NCBI GenBank assembly: GCA_963815085.1
Contig: CAWFFT010000056.1
Coordinates: 19,872 to 83,871 of the forward strand
Reading direction: 5' to 3'
Length of the DNA: 64,000 nucleotides
From: an uncultured Chitinophagaceae bacterium
Lineage (GTDB): Bacteria > Bacteroidota > Bacteroidia > Chitinophagales > Chitinophagaceae
Shown one piece after another: positions 11,926-22,135 of this stretch. A program made the position numbers and the translations under genes. The notes under the pieces are model-generated. The model saw only the letters and a list, made by a program, of their open reading frames with translations. It was not told the DNA's origin and ran no database searches. The stretch's first letter is position 1; the number at the start of each line of letters is the position of its first letter.

Positions 11926-13179
11926 ATGCCATATTTATTTACTTCTGAATCCGTGAGTGAAGGCCATCCTGATAAAGTTGCCGACCAGATAAGTGACGCC
12001 TTGATTGATAATTTTTTAGCCTTCGATCCTCAAAGTAAAGTAGCGTGTGAGACTTTGGTAACAACAGGACAAGTGGTACTTGCCGGTGAAGTAAAATCAA
12101 AAGCTTATTTAGATGTCCAGGAAATTGCAAGAGGAGTAATTAGGAAAATTGGATATACCAAAAGCGAGTATATGTTCGAAGCGAATTCATGTGGTATTTT
12201 TTCAGCCATTCATGAGCAGTCTGCAGACATTAACCAGGGAGTTGACAGGAAGAAAAAAGAAGAACAAGGAGCCGGTGACCAGGGAATGATGTTTGGTTAT
12301 GCAACCAACGAAACTGAAAATTTTATGCCGCTGTCGCTTGATATTGCAAATAGTTTATTGATTGAACTTGCCGCTTTGAGAAGGGAAAATAAAGAAATGA
12401 CGTATTTGCGTCCAGATGCCAAGAGCCAGGTTACTCTTGAATATAACGATGATAATAAACCGATAAGAATTGATGCGATTGTTATTTCTACCCAGCACGA
12501 TGATTTTGATAAAGAAGAAAAAATGCTGAAGAAAATATCTGATGATATTAAAAAGATATTGATTCCAAGAATGCAGAAGAAATATCCTACTTATGCGCAT
12601 TTCTTCAACAATAAAATAAAATATCATATCAATCCGACCGGTAAGTTTGTGATTGGCGGCCCACACGGCGATACAGGCCTTACAGGAAGGAAAATAATTG
12701 TTGATACTTATGGCGGAAAAGGCGCTCATGGTGGTGGCGCATTCAGTGGAAAAGATCCAAGCAAGGTTGACAGAAGTGCGGCTTATGCAGCTAGGCACAT
12801 TGCGAAAAACCTTGTAGCAGCAGGTGTTTGTGATGAAGTGTTGGTGCAGGTTTCTTATGCAATTGGAGTTGCACAACCAACAAGTATAAACGTAAATACT
12901 TATGGAACTGCGAAAGTAGATTTGAATGATGGCGCTATTGCCAAAAAGGTAGAAGAGATCTTTGATATGCGTCCCTTCTTTATCGAAAAAAGATTGAAGT
13001 TGCGCAATCCAATTTACCAGGAAACTGCTTCCTATGGCCACATGGGAAGAAAGAATGAAGTAGTCACCAAAACATTTAATTTACCGAATGGCTCTCCGAA
13101 AACAGTGAAAGTGGAATTGTTTACCTGGGAAAAATTAGATTATGTACCAAAGGTGAAAAAAGCTTTTGGGATAAAATAA
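11926..13179 (+). CDS. metK: S-adenosylmethionine synthetase
   Basis: [51 protein letters not shown]; start set at MPYLFTSES. Confidence 0.98.
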   Translation: MPYLFTSESVSEGHPDKVADQISDALIDNFLAFDPQSKVACETLVTTGQVVLAGEVKSKAYLDVQEIARGVIRKIGYTKSEYMFEANSCGIFSAIHEQSADINQGVDRKKKEEQGAGDQGMMFGYATNETENFMPLSLDIANSLLIELAALRRENKEMTYLRPDAKSQVTLEYNDDNKPIRIDAIVISTQHDDFDKEEKMLKKISDDIKKILIPRMQKKYPTYAHFFNNKIKYHINPTGKFVIGGPHGDTGLTGRKIIVDTYGGKGAHGGGAFSGKDPSKVDRSAAYAARHIAKNLVAAGVCDEVLVQVSYAIGVAQPTSINVNTYGTAKVDLNDGAIAKKVEEIFDMRPFFIEKRLKLRNPIYQETASYGHMGRKNEVVTKTFNLPNGSPKTVKVELFTWEKLDYVPKVKKAFGIK

Positions 13180-13198
13180 AATTATGAAAAATAACTTT

Positions 13199-13227
13199 AA
13201 ACCCTCAGTTTTTAAGGGTTTTTTATT
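13199..13227 (+). terminator. Probable intrinsic terminator after metK
   Basis: AAACCCT...AGGGTTT stem followed by a T run. Confidence 0.5.
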
Positions 13228-13256
13228 TCCCTTTAATTAATCTGTAATTTTGAAAA

Positions 13257-14036
13257 GTGAGACCACATAAAACCTTTACCCAACAACATCGTCCTAAAAA
13301 AAATCTTTTAATCGGTGGCATTCCTCATGTGATTGACGCGATGAAAAGTGGTATTCAGTTGGAACGAATTTATTTGCAAAACAATATTTCGGGAGATGAA
13401 GCTGAGGAATTAAAACACGTTGCAATCGAGTTTGAAGTACCGGTCAATAAAGTTCCTTTTGAAAAAATCAGAAATTTTAATTTAGAAAATCCGAAAGGTT
13501 GCATCGCGATAAAATCAAAAATAAAATATCAAAATCTCCAGGACGTAATTTCATTTATTGTTGAAAATGGAGAAACGCCTTTATTGCTTCTTCTTGACGG
13601 AATTACTGACATCAGAAATATTGGTGCTTTGGCCAGGACTGCTTACTGCTGCGGCGTTCAGGCGATTGTAATTCCTGAAAAAGGAGTGGGAGCTTTGAAT
13701 GAAGATGCCATTAATACTTCCGCAGGCGCTCTTGAAAATATCGCGGTTTGCCGTGTAAAAACGTTGCACGGTGCGGTCGATGATTTGCATTTGAATGGAA
13801 TCAAAGTTTTTGCCAGTGAAATGAAAGCTGAAGAAAATATTTTCAATGTAGATTTTAAAGAACCTTGTGCGATTATTATGGGAAGCGAGGACAAAGGAAT
13901 TCATCCGTCATTGTATAAAGTTTGTGATAAGAGTTTTAAAATTCCGATGCAAACCGATTTTGAATCATTGAATGTTTCTGTTGCCGCCGGAATGATTTTC
14001 TATGAGGCGATGAAACAAAGAATACTTCAGGTTTAA
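13257..14036 (+). CDS. rlmB: 23S rRNA 2'-O-methyltransferase, TrmH/SpoU family
   Basis: LDGITD.RNIGAL.RTA, IMGSE.KGI, IPM....ESLNVSVAAG. Confidence 0.85.
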   Translation: MRPHKTFTQQHRPKKNLLIGGIPHVIDAMKSGIQLERIYLQNNISGDEAEELKHVAIEFEVPVNKVPFEKIRNFNLENPKGCIAIKSKIKYQNLQDVISFIVENGETPLLLLLDGITDIRNIGALARTAYCCGVQAIVIPEKGVGALNEDAINTSAGALENIAVCRVKTLHGAVDDLHLNGIKVFASEMKAEENIFNVDFKEPCAIIMGSEDKGIHPSLYKVCDKSFKIPMQTDFESLNVSVAAGMIFYEAMKQRILQV

Positions 14037-14727
14037 TTCATCTTTTCTTTTACATGACCAAAAATCCAATAAGTAAGTTTGGTGGAAAGAATGCCAAGAC
14101 CAGCGCCTGCAAGCACTTCAGACAACAAATGGTTTTTGTTGTAGATTCTCAATAAACCCACCCCAGTCGCCACAACATATCCTGTATAACTTAAAACCGG
14201 GTGACTGTATTTTAATTCCTGGTGAACAATTTCTGCTCCGCGAAAAGCATTGGCAGCATGGCCGGAAGGAAATTTTGTGTCATGTGTGTTATAAACTGAA
14301 ATATGTTTTGAAATTTCTCTCATTCCAAATCCGAGGCCTCCCGTAACCAGGACAGAACCTACATCAAGAATTAAATGTTCTTTAAAAGTGTGTTGTGTCT
14401 TTACATGAAAAGCGTCCATCGCATAAACAGAGGCTGAAGGAACCCACATCAGGTAATCAGCAGAATTGGTATGAAAGTCCGGATAATAATTGTGCATGTG
14501 GTTCCAAATTCTATCATCGAGTTTTGGAATGCTGTTTACCACTGGTTTCAAACCTCCATAAATCAATAATGCTCCGGGAACGATAAGGCCGCATGGTTTT
14601 AAATAATAATGGTATCATCAATTTTTAACATTGGATGGCAGCTCAGTATGTGGCGATTGCGCTAAAACAAAGAAGAATAAAAAGTATAAAAGAAAAGGAA
14701 TAAGGAGTAAGATTAAAATTTTTTCAT
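14033..14727 (-). CDS. PAP2 phosphatase family protein (5' part frameshifted)
   Basis: FPSGH, R.Y.NKH.LSEV.AGAG.G; an upstream MKKIL signal-peptide start at 14727 lies in another frame. Confidence 0.8.
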
Positions 14728-14900
14728 AATTCATAATAATAATCCTTTATTAGTAACATTAAAAGTTGTAAATATAGTAACGATGATTTAGCTTTTTTAA
14801 TCAAAAGGATATTTACCTAAAATATAATGCAATTATTTGTCTGTTTACTGTAACCGCTGAAACGCAATCTTTTGCAAATCGCTTGGACTATCTTTGTAAA

Positions 14901-16892
14901 ATGGCTTACAAAAATTTGCAGGAATTTATTGATGTTCTTGAAAACGAAAACGAACTGGTACGCATAAAAGAATATGTAGATCCACACCTGGAAATAGCTG
15001 AAATTACGGACAGGGTAAGCAAAAGCAAAGATGGCGGAAAGGCTTTACTATTTGAAAATACCGGTTATGATTTTCCTGTGTTAATGAATGCTTATGGAAG
15101 CGAAAAAAGGATGTGCCTTGCACTCGGTGTTCATCATTTGAATGATACGGCAAAGGAGATTGAAAATCTATTTCATTTGCTTTCTTCGCCCAAAGAAAAT
15201 ATAATTGACAAATTAAAATTACTTCCAAAACTTGGCCAATTTGCTAGTTGGATGCCGAAAGTGATTAGCGGGAGAGGAGAGTGCCAGCAAATAATTATGA
15301 AGGAACCGGACATTACCAAACTTCCTGTAATAACCTGCTGGCCAAAAGACGGTGGTCCTTTTGTAACGCTTCCAATTATTCATACAAAAGATCCCAATAA
15401 TCATTCAAGAAATGTGGGCATGTATAGAATGCAGGTTTTCGGCCCAACACTTACGGGAATGCATTGGCACAAACATAAAGTGTCAGCAAAACATTTTAAT
15501 GAATACAAGAAATTAAAAAAGCGTATGCCTGTTGCCGTTGCATTGGGTGGCGATCCGGTTTATGCTTATTCTGCTACAGCTCCTTTACCCGAAAACGTTG
15601 ATGAATACATGCTTGCGGGTTTTCTAAGGAAGAAAAAAGTAGAATTGGTAAAATGTATTTCCCAACCTGAAATTGAAGTGCCGTCAGATGCTGATTTTAT
15701 CATTGAAGGTTACGTAGACCCGGATGATGAACTGATTTGGGAAGGGCCTTTTGGTGATCATACCGGTTATTATTCATTGCCTGATTGGTATCCAAGATTT
15801 CACATTACAGCAATCACTCATAAAAAAAATCCCGTTTATCCTGCAACTATTGTTGGTATTCCTCCACAGGAAGATGCATGGTTGGGAAAAGCCACAGAAA
15901 GAATTTTTTTAGCGCCAATAAAAATGACGCTGGTTCCTGAAATACTTGATATGGAAATGCCGGTTGAAGGCGTATTTCATAATTTGGTAATTGCCAAAAT
16001 TCAAAAGGATTATGCAGGGCAGGCGCAAAAAGTAATGAATGCGATGTGGGGCGCAGGGCAAATGATGTTTAATAAAATTTTGGTGGTTACAGCCTCCTCT
16101 AACTCCTTCAAGGGAGGAGAACAGGAAAGCTTTAGCCTTTCAGATTATTGTAATTTGGCAAAAGATGTTTTCAAAAAATTAAATCCGTCTACAGACATTT
16201 ATTTTTCTCAAGGGCCGATGGACGTTTTGGATCACAGTTGCAGTAAGCTAGGTTTTGGAGGAAAAATGTGCATCGACGGAACGTTTAAATATGAGGAAGA
16301 AAAGGATGATCAATTTTCGTCTATGCTTCCCCGTTTTACTGAAGAATCAAAAACCGAATTATTAAAACATTTTCCTGAAATAAAAGAGATGAATTCTTCA
16401 TTGCTTCAAAAGGAAATTCCATGTTTACTTATTGCGATTCAAAAAAATAAAAAGGAGCATGTAAAACAATTACATCAGTTAATTTTCGAAACAGGAATTG
16501 TTGATGGAATTAAAATGATACTGTACGTGGAACACACGGTTGATCCAAATGATCTTCCGGTTGCTTTGTGGCGTTTTTGTAATAACCTTGATCCAAAACG
16601 CGATCATTTTATAGTAAAGAAACAAATAAAAGAAAATCCTGCCCGTTATGTTGCCTGTATTGGTTTTGATGGAACTTTGAAGACAAAAGAATTTGACGAT
16701 TTTTACCGCGACTGGCCCAACATTATTATTGCTGATGACGAAACAATTGAATCTGTTGATAAAAAATGGATGGAACTTGGTTTGGGAGAATTCATTCCTT
16801 CACCTTCTTTAAAATATAAAGCTCAAATGTATGGAGAAGAAGCAGTGGCAAAGGTTTCAGAAGATTCTGTAAAAAGTAATCAGGACAGTTAA
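14901..16892 (+). CDS. UbiD-family (menaquinone biosynthesis) decarboxylase
   Basis: RNVGMYRMQV, EGPFGDHTGYY, TIVGIPPQED, GPMDVLDH; extended, duplicated C-terminal region. Confidence 0.92.
   Translation: MAYKNLQEFIDVLENENELVRIKEYVDPHLEIAEITDRVSKSKDGGKALLFENTGYDFPVLMNAYGSEKRMCLALGVHHLNDTAKEIENLFHLLSSPKENIIDKLKLLPKLGQFASWMPKVISGRGECQQIIMKEPDITKLPVITCWPKDGGPFVTLPIIHTKDPNNHSRNVGMYRMQVFGPTLTGMHWHKHKVSAKHFNEYKKLKKRMPVAVALGGDPVYAYSATAPLPENVDEYMLAGFLRKKKVELVKCISQPEIEVPSDADFIIEGYVDPDDELIWEGPFGDHTGYYSLPDWYPRFHITAITHKKNPVYPATIVGIPPQEDAWLGKATERIFLAPIKMTLVPEILDMEMPVEGVFHNLVIAKIQKDYAGQAQKVMNAMWGAGQMMFNKILVVTASSNSFKGGEQESFSLSDYCNLAKDVFKKLNPSTDIYFSQGPMDVLDHSCSKLGFGGKMCIDGTFKYEEEKDDQFSSMLPRFTEESKTELLKHFPEIKEMNSSLLQKEIPCLLIAIQKNKKEHVKQLHQLIFETGIVDGIKMILYVEHTVDPNDLPVALWRFCNNLDPKRDHFIVKKQIKENPARYVACIGFDGTLKTKEFDDFYRDWPNIIIADDETIESVDKKWMELGLGEFIPSPSLKYKAQMYGEEAVAKVSEDSVKSNQDS
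16092..16121 (+). repeat. Degenerate GC-rich palindromic repeat inserted in frame in the UbiD gene
   Basis: GCCTCCTCTAACTCCTTCAAGGGAGGAGAA, hairpin CTCCTTC/GGAGGAG, translated ASSNSFKGGE. Confidence 0.5.
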
Positions 16893-17015
16893 TAAGGTTT
16901 TGCATTAAGGAATGATGAGAAAGCTCAGCAGGCAGTGTATTTTCTAAATACATAGCGGAATAAAAAGCCAAAAGTCCGTGTTGGATTTTTGCATCTTGCC
17001 ACTGCTTTGCTAAAA

Positions 17016-17360
17016 TCAATTTTTGAGTAGCCGGCCACCCGATGCATATACCAAAACATGATGAACTATAGATATCAATATCATTACCCAACACAGTACA
17101 ATCAATCCGCAGAGGTAAAGTACTAAAGCAGCCGCAAAGGTTATCAGAAGTTCCTGGATTAACCGCAGACGCTCGGAGTAGCGGCCAAACTGGTGAAAAT
17201 CCACCATTCCCCAAAAGCCAAAAACAACCAGGGGAACAACAATGGCGAGTAGTATCTTTATGAACGGACTGCTACCAAGATGGTATCCCCAATATCCAAA
17301 GGCCAGTACAATTCCTGTCTCCATTATTCCACGTAGTGTAAGATTAATTGTTTTGAGCAT
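17016..17360 (-). CDS. YrdB/DUF2568-family membrane protein
   Basis: NL.LR..ME, GYWGY, P......WG, RL..EL pattern; four hydrophobic segments. Confidence 0.7.
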   Translation of the reverse strand: MLKTINLTLRGIMETGIVLAFGYWGYHLGSSPFIKILLAIVVPLVVFGFWGMVDFHQFGRYSERLRLIQELLITFAAALVLYLCGLIVLCWVMILISIVHHVLVYASGGRLLKN

Positions 17361-17383
17361 AATAGTGGTTTGTGAACTGAATC

Positions 17384-18064
17384 TCAGGCAATGCTATTTG
17401 CGGCATCATCAGCAATTCTACTGATACGGTTTTTATCAACCCAGTAAGCCCACACAACTAATATCCATTGTGATTCTGCTGCCCAGGCGATTGCTTTTAC
17501 ACTTGTTGGAGGTGGGCCAAATAAATTAAGTAAATAAATAAGGACAAGGAAAAGGATGAGCGCCCAAAAGGTAATGCTTCCCACTTTATTTTTAGGTTTT
17601 GTTGCCTTTAGATAGAAAAATAATCCAATAATAAAAATAAGGCTTTCAAGAGTAACCGCGATGATAGGATAATTCCATAGTGACAATCCTACCTTCAAAG
17701 AATTGCCTGGAAAAAGTGGAAGATCAGGACGATGTACTAAAAGGTCAAGGCACCAGTGGCTTAAAACACACAACCCAACAACAACCGAAGAGCGTGGGTT
17801 GTGTTTTATGAAAAAATAAACAATTCCTAAAAGAAAGCTCCAGCCTAATGCCATGAGAAAGCTGTGGGAAAAAGGATAATAAACAAAATTTAGTGGTGTA
17901 AGTTTTGTATTTCCGGGCTGTATCGCTACCTGCTCCCAACCTAGTAATAAAAAGGTAGGCCAAAGTAAATCCAGAAATTGTGCGGCTAAAAAAAGCATTC
18001 CTAATGACACACGAGGTGCCGTCTTCTTAGCCCCAAGCCCGACACCGAAGTGACCTAAAAACAT
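17384..18064 (-). CDS. Membrane-bound metal-dependent hydrolase-like protein
   Basis: MFLGH, DLLWP, P.SHS, SHW.LD..VH.PDLP. Confidence 0.75.
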   Translation of the reverse strand: MFLGHFGVGLGAKKTAPRVSLGMLFLAAQFLDLLWPTFLLLGWEQVAIQPGNTKLTPLNFVYYPFSHSFLMALGWSFLLGIVYFFIKHNPRSSVVVGLCVLSHWCLDLLVHRPDLPLFPGNSLKVGLSLWNYPIIAVTLESLIFIIGLFFYLKATKPKNKVGSITFWALILFLVLIYLLNLFGPPPTSVKAIAWAAESQWILVVWAYWVDKNRISRIADDAANSIA

Positions 18065-18311
18065 TGTAATAGAATTTTAATAAACTTGCGCGATTTATAA
18101 AATCTTTTATTGACTATAATAGAAAGCTATTTCTTCGTAATAATTAGCGCAGTTGGGCAATTTATAGCCGATTTCCGATAAAAATGTTGAAAAGATCAGC
18201 ATATGTAAGTGATAAATTGCCTGTAGCTATTTTCAAATTTAAGAAAATATTTTTTATGCAAAAAATACATAATGTAGAACTGATTGCCTGGAGTAGAAAG
18301 TTCAGTAATAA

Positions 18312-19670
18312 TCAGTAAATCCCTTCAACCTGAGGTTTGGATTTATCTTTAATCAGTAGTTCAGATTCTTTTTTTAAGGTAAGAAAAAGGATAACGAATC
18401 CAATAATAAAAAAGCACATTACTACCAACACTGAGTTCTTCATGCTTCCGGTTAATTCTTCAATCAGCCCGAAACTAAACATACCGATAACAATGCCGAT
18501 TTTTTCTGTAACGTCATAAAAACTAAAAAAGGAAGTGGTATCTTTTGTAACCGGCATCAGTTTGGAATAAGTTGAACGGCTCAAAGATTGAATGCCGCCC
18601 ATTACCAACCCAACAATGGCGGCCAAAATGTAAAAATAAATTTCTGCGTTTATTCCTTGTTCACTCAGAACAGAAATCTGGTAAGCGCCTATACACACTA
18701 AGATCCAGATAATTACTACAGATAATAAGGTTTGAAAATTGCCAAATTTTTCAGATAGTTTCGCCATAATATTTGCACCAAAAATTGCTACGATCTGGAT
18801 AATCAAAATCGTAATGATCAATTTTTCTGTTGGCAATTTTAGTTCTTTACTTCCGAAAAGCGCCGCTACCAGCATGATCGTTTGTACGCCCATGTTATAA
18901 AAGAAAAATGAGATTAAAAATCTTTTTAAAACAGGAAGATGTTTTAATTGCCCGAAAACCTTTTTTAATTCTATAAACCCATTTACAAATAAATTTTTTT
19001 CCGGGCGGCTCGCTGCCGGTGTTCCTTTCGGCATTCTTGTTAAAGTAAATTGAGCGAAACCAAACCACCAGATTCCTACCAATAAAAATGAAAATCTTGC
19101 CGGAAGAGTTGCGTCATTTTGCATACCAAACCATTCTGGTTTAAAAACAAATATGAAGCAAATCAATTGTAAAATAACGCTGCCAATGTAACCCATTGAA
19201 AATCCTTTGGCGCTTACCTTGTCTCTGTCGGCGGGCGCGGCTATTTCGGGTAAATACGAATTGTAAAAAACGATACTGCTCCAAAAGCCAATACAGCCAA
19301 GAATGGTAAACAGAATAGCGATCCAAAGTGTATCGGTGCCTTTAAAAAAGAAAAGCAGGCTACATGACAAGCTACCGAGGAAACAAAAAAAACGAAGAAA
19401 ACTTTTTTTATTTCCTTTGTAATCGGCGATGGAAGATAACATTGGCGACATGATAGCCACAATCAGAAAACCTATACCCAGCGCGTAATTATACAACGCT
19501 GAGTTGACAAATTTTCTTCCCAGGAAAATTACCTGGCTGTTGGCATTGTTTTTTGTTACGCTTTCATAATAGGCTGGGAAAATAGTAGAAGTAATTACCA
19601 GACTGTAAACAGAATTGGCCCAATCGTACATGGCCCAACCGTTAATGACTTTTTTGGAAGCAGTTTGCAT
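18312..19670 (-). CDS. MFS transporter (UMF1/ATG22-like)
   Basis: WAMYDWANS, FYNSYLP, GGIQSLSRS.YS; ~12 TM segments. Confidence 0.9.
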   Translation of the reverse strand: MQTASKKVINGWAMYDWANSVYSLVITSTIFPAYYESVTKNNANSQVIFLGRKFVNSALYNYALGIGFLIVAIMSPMLSSIADYKGNKKSFLRFFCFLGSLSCSLLFFFKGTDTLWIAILFTILGCIGFWSSIVFYNSYLPEIAAPADRDKVSAKGFSMGYIGSVILQLICFIFVFKPEWFGMQNDATLPARFSFLLVGIWWFGFAQFTLTRMPKGTPAASRPEKNLFVNGFIELKKVFGQLKHLPVLKRFLISFFFYNMGVQTIMLVAALFGSKELKLPTEKLIITILIIQIVAIFGANIMAKLSEKFGNFQTLLSVVIIWILVCIGAYQISVLSEQGINAEIYFYILAAIVGLVMGGIQSLSRSTYSKLMPVTKDTTSFFSFYDVTEKIGIVIGMFSFGLIEELTGSMKNSVLVVMCFFIIGFVILFLTLKKESELLIKDKSKPQVEGIY

Positions 19671-19757
19671 TTAAAAGGAATAGAAGTTCAAAATAATGAA
19701 AAATATTTTATAACGTCATATCTTTTATAAAATAAAAATATCCATTAAATGTTGATT

Positions 19758-19783
19758 TACTCATCCAAAAAATGGATGAGTTT
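19758..19783. terminator. Hairpin after uppP
   Basis: ACTCATCCA-AAAAA-TGGATGAGT inverted repeat next to the uppP stop. Confidence 0.45.
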
Positions 19784-20578
19784 TTATTTCTGAATATAAC
19801 CGGTATAAATCAGGATCAATAAAATTACGCCAACGATTGTTCTGTAAATTCCCCAAAGCTTGAAGCCGTGCTTCTTTAAAAATTCAATGAAAAATTTGAT
19901 GGCTAATAACGCCACTATAAAAGCCACCGCGTTTCCAATTAAAAGTAGTTTTACTTCAGGAGAAGTGAAACCGCCGGCTGTTTTATAATGTTTAAATAAT
20001 TTATAGCCTGTAGCAGCAATCATGGTAGGAACAGCAAGAAAAAAAGAAAATTCGGCAGCAGCGCTTCTTGTAAGTTTTTGTTGCATGCCACCAATAATCG
20101 AAGAAGCGCTCCGGCTCATCCCGGGAATCATTGCAAGGCATTGCCAGATACCAATTGCAAATGAATTTCCGTAAGAAACCTGTTTCTCGGAATCTATGGT
20201 TGGATGCTTAAAAAGTTTATCAACGAATATCAAAACAATACCACCAAGAAGAATAGCCAATGCAACAACAGTAGTGCTTTGCATCATCTCATCAATTTTT
20301 TTTGAAAACAACAAGCCTAAAATAATGGCGGGAATGACGCCGATAATTAATTTAAAATAGAAATGAAGGTTTTTAAAATCAAAGAATTTTTTCCAATACA
20401 AAACTACCACTGCCAGGATAGCGCCAAGTTGAATGGCGACGGTAAACATTTCGGTAAATTCATTTTCGGGAATGCCTAATAACTTTTCAGCAATGATCAT
20501 GTGGCCGGTTGAAGAGATGGGAATGAATTCAGTAATTCCTTCTACGATGCCGATTATTATTGATTGTACGACGTCCAT
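19784..20578 (-). CDS. uppP: Undecaprenyl-diphosphatase
   Basis: GIVEGITEFIPISSTGH, IQLGAILAV, PGMSRS, AAEFSFFLAVP; start at MDVVQS. Confidence 0.96.
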   Translation of the reverse strand: MDVVQSIIIGIVEGITEFIPISSTGHMIIAEKLLGIPENEFTEMFTVAIQLGAILAVVVLYWKKFFDFKNLHFYFKLIIGVIPAIILGLLFSKKIDEMMQSTTVVALAILLGGIVLIFVDKLFKHPTIDSEKQVSYGNSFAIGIWQCLAMIPGMSRSASSIIGGMQQKLTRSAAAEFSFFLAVPTMIAATGYKLFKHYKTAGGFTSPEVKLLLIGNAVAFIVALLAIKFFIEFLKKHGFKLWGIYRTIVGVILLILIYTGYIQK

Positions 20579-20653
20579 TTCTTTGTGTTGTGCAGGTAAG
20601 AGGTAATATAAAAAAAGCGATGAAAAATTCACCGCCTGCAATTTTCTTTAAAA

Positions 20654-20938
20654 CTATTTCGGCTTTTTTATGATAGCAAAGATTTCAATAACCAAACCTC
20701 CGACAATTAAAATCGGCGCAAGCGTTATCCTTCTGAAACTATATATCTGGTTGTCATTAAAAACATTTGGATCAGTGCTTTTTCCGCCTGCCATTAAAAA
20801 AAATCCTATTGCCATAACTACGAGGCCTATCAGCATCCATTTATAATTTTCTTTCGTAAATAAATGGGTTTCTTCAGCCACAGGATGGATCACTTCTTTT
20901 CTTGAATTAGCCGGAGTAATTTTTTTAGCAGTACTCAT
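20654..20938 (-). CDS. DUF3098 membrane protein
   Basis: F.K.NY..ML.G, LMAGG.S.DP..F, RRITLAP; conserved ftsX-DUF3098-uppP order. Confidence 0.9.
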   Translation of the reverse strand: MSTAKKITPANSRKEVIHPVAEETHLFTKENYKWMLIGLVVMAIGFFLMAGGKSTDPNVFNDNQIYSFRRITLAPILIVGGLVIEIFAIIKKPK

Positions 20939-20987
20939 ATTTTTAATTTTATTTGCAAAATAAGTAATTAAAGATTCATTTTTAAAA

Positions 20988-21866
20988 TCAGTACAACTCG
21001 TCCAGTTTCATTCTCAGGTATTTCAGGGCCGACCGGTGTGTACTTAAAAGCGTAATACAAATTCCAAGAATAACAATGCCGGCAAAGATCAAAAGCATAT
21101 TTCTTGTGTCGTGTAATACTTGTAAATAAGGAACAAATTTTTCTGAAATAGTGATGAATCCAAACATGAGAGCAATCGCGATCGCGGAGGCAATTATTCC
21201 ATTTATAATCGCGCGGCCATCAAGTGGACGGGTAATAAACCATCGCGTCGCGCCTACCATTTGCATCGTTTTTATCAGGAAACGGTTACTATACATCGCA
21301 AGCCTGATGGTATTATCAATAGAAACGATTACCAGTAGCGACAATATGATAGCGACGATCAGGATAACGATTGTTGTAGTTTTTACAAACTGGCTAACGC
21401 TTGCAACAGTAGCCTTGGGCGTTTGAAACTCTGAGACTGTATGCGGAAAATTACTAATCAGTGAATCTTCGAGATTAGCCAGGCTGTCCTTATTAACATA
21501 ATTTGCTTTTACATAAAAGTCAATACTTTCAGGCAAAGGATTGCTAATAGCGAGCTTTTTCCAAAGTGTGTCATTTTCCTGGTTGTATTTTTCAATGGCT
21601 TTTTCACGCGTAATATATTCGACCTTTACCGCATAAGGAAGTGAATCAATATAATTTTTTAATGAATCAATTTGGTCGTCACTGGCGGTTCTGTATATGT
21701 AGGCGTGTAACTGGATGTTTTCTTTAAAATAATCCCCTGTTTTTTTGATGTTAAGGAAAATCCACGCAACTATTCCAAAAAGAAATAAAACCAAAGAAAC
21801 ACCAATGATTGCATAAACATAAGAAGGTTTTCCGCGCTTGGTAGAAGCTTTACCGAATTGGGCCAT
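20988..21866 (-). CDS. ftsX: Cell division permease FtsX
   Basis: NPLP.S, I.NTIRLAMYS.RFLI.TMQ.VGAT.WFI..P. Confidence 0.92.
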   Translation of the reverse strand: MAQFGKASTKRGKPSYVYAIIGVSLVLFLFGIVAWIFLNIKKTGDYFKENIQLHAYIYRTASDDQIDSLKNYIDSLPYAVKVEYITREKAIEKYNQENDTLWKKLAISNPLPESIDFYVKANYVNKDSLANLEDSLISNFPHTVSEFQTPKATVASVSQFVKTTTIVILIVAIILSLLVIVSIDNTIRLAMYSNRFLIKTMQMVGATRWFITRPLDGRAIINGIIASAIAIALMFGFITISEKFVPYLQVLHDTRNMLLIFAGIVILGICITLLSTHRSALKYLRMKLDELY

Positions 21867-22135
21867 AATGATAAAGATGAATTTATTTTTACCTCTTTTT
21901 TCTATTGCGGCAAAAATAAATGATTTTAAACAGGTTTAGTATTTTTGCGCCTTCGCAATTGGTCAGCTAATGTAATTTACATCAGTGATTGAAAAGAATC
22001 AAAATAAATCAATAACATTTCTTTCACAAAAATTTGAAACGGAGTAAACTGAATCGTTTTTACAAGAGGATTTTAAGGATGATTTGTGTAAATCAATTTT
22101 CAGAAAATATTTGTGTGGATATTTAATAAAAATGA

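Noticed and set aside
12355-13041. Long antisense ORFs (e.g. opposite metK, lipB and in the GC-rich tail)
   Set aside because: Shadows of well-supported genes on the other strand with no recognisable motifs
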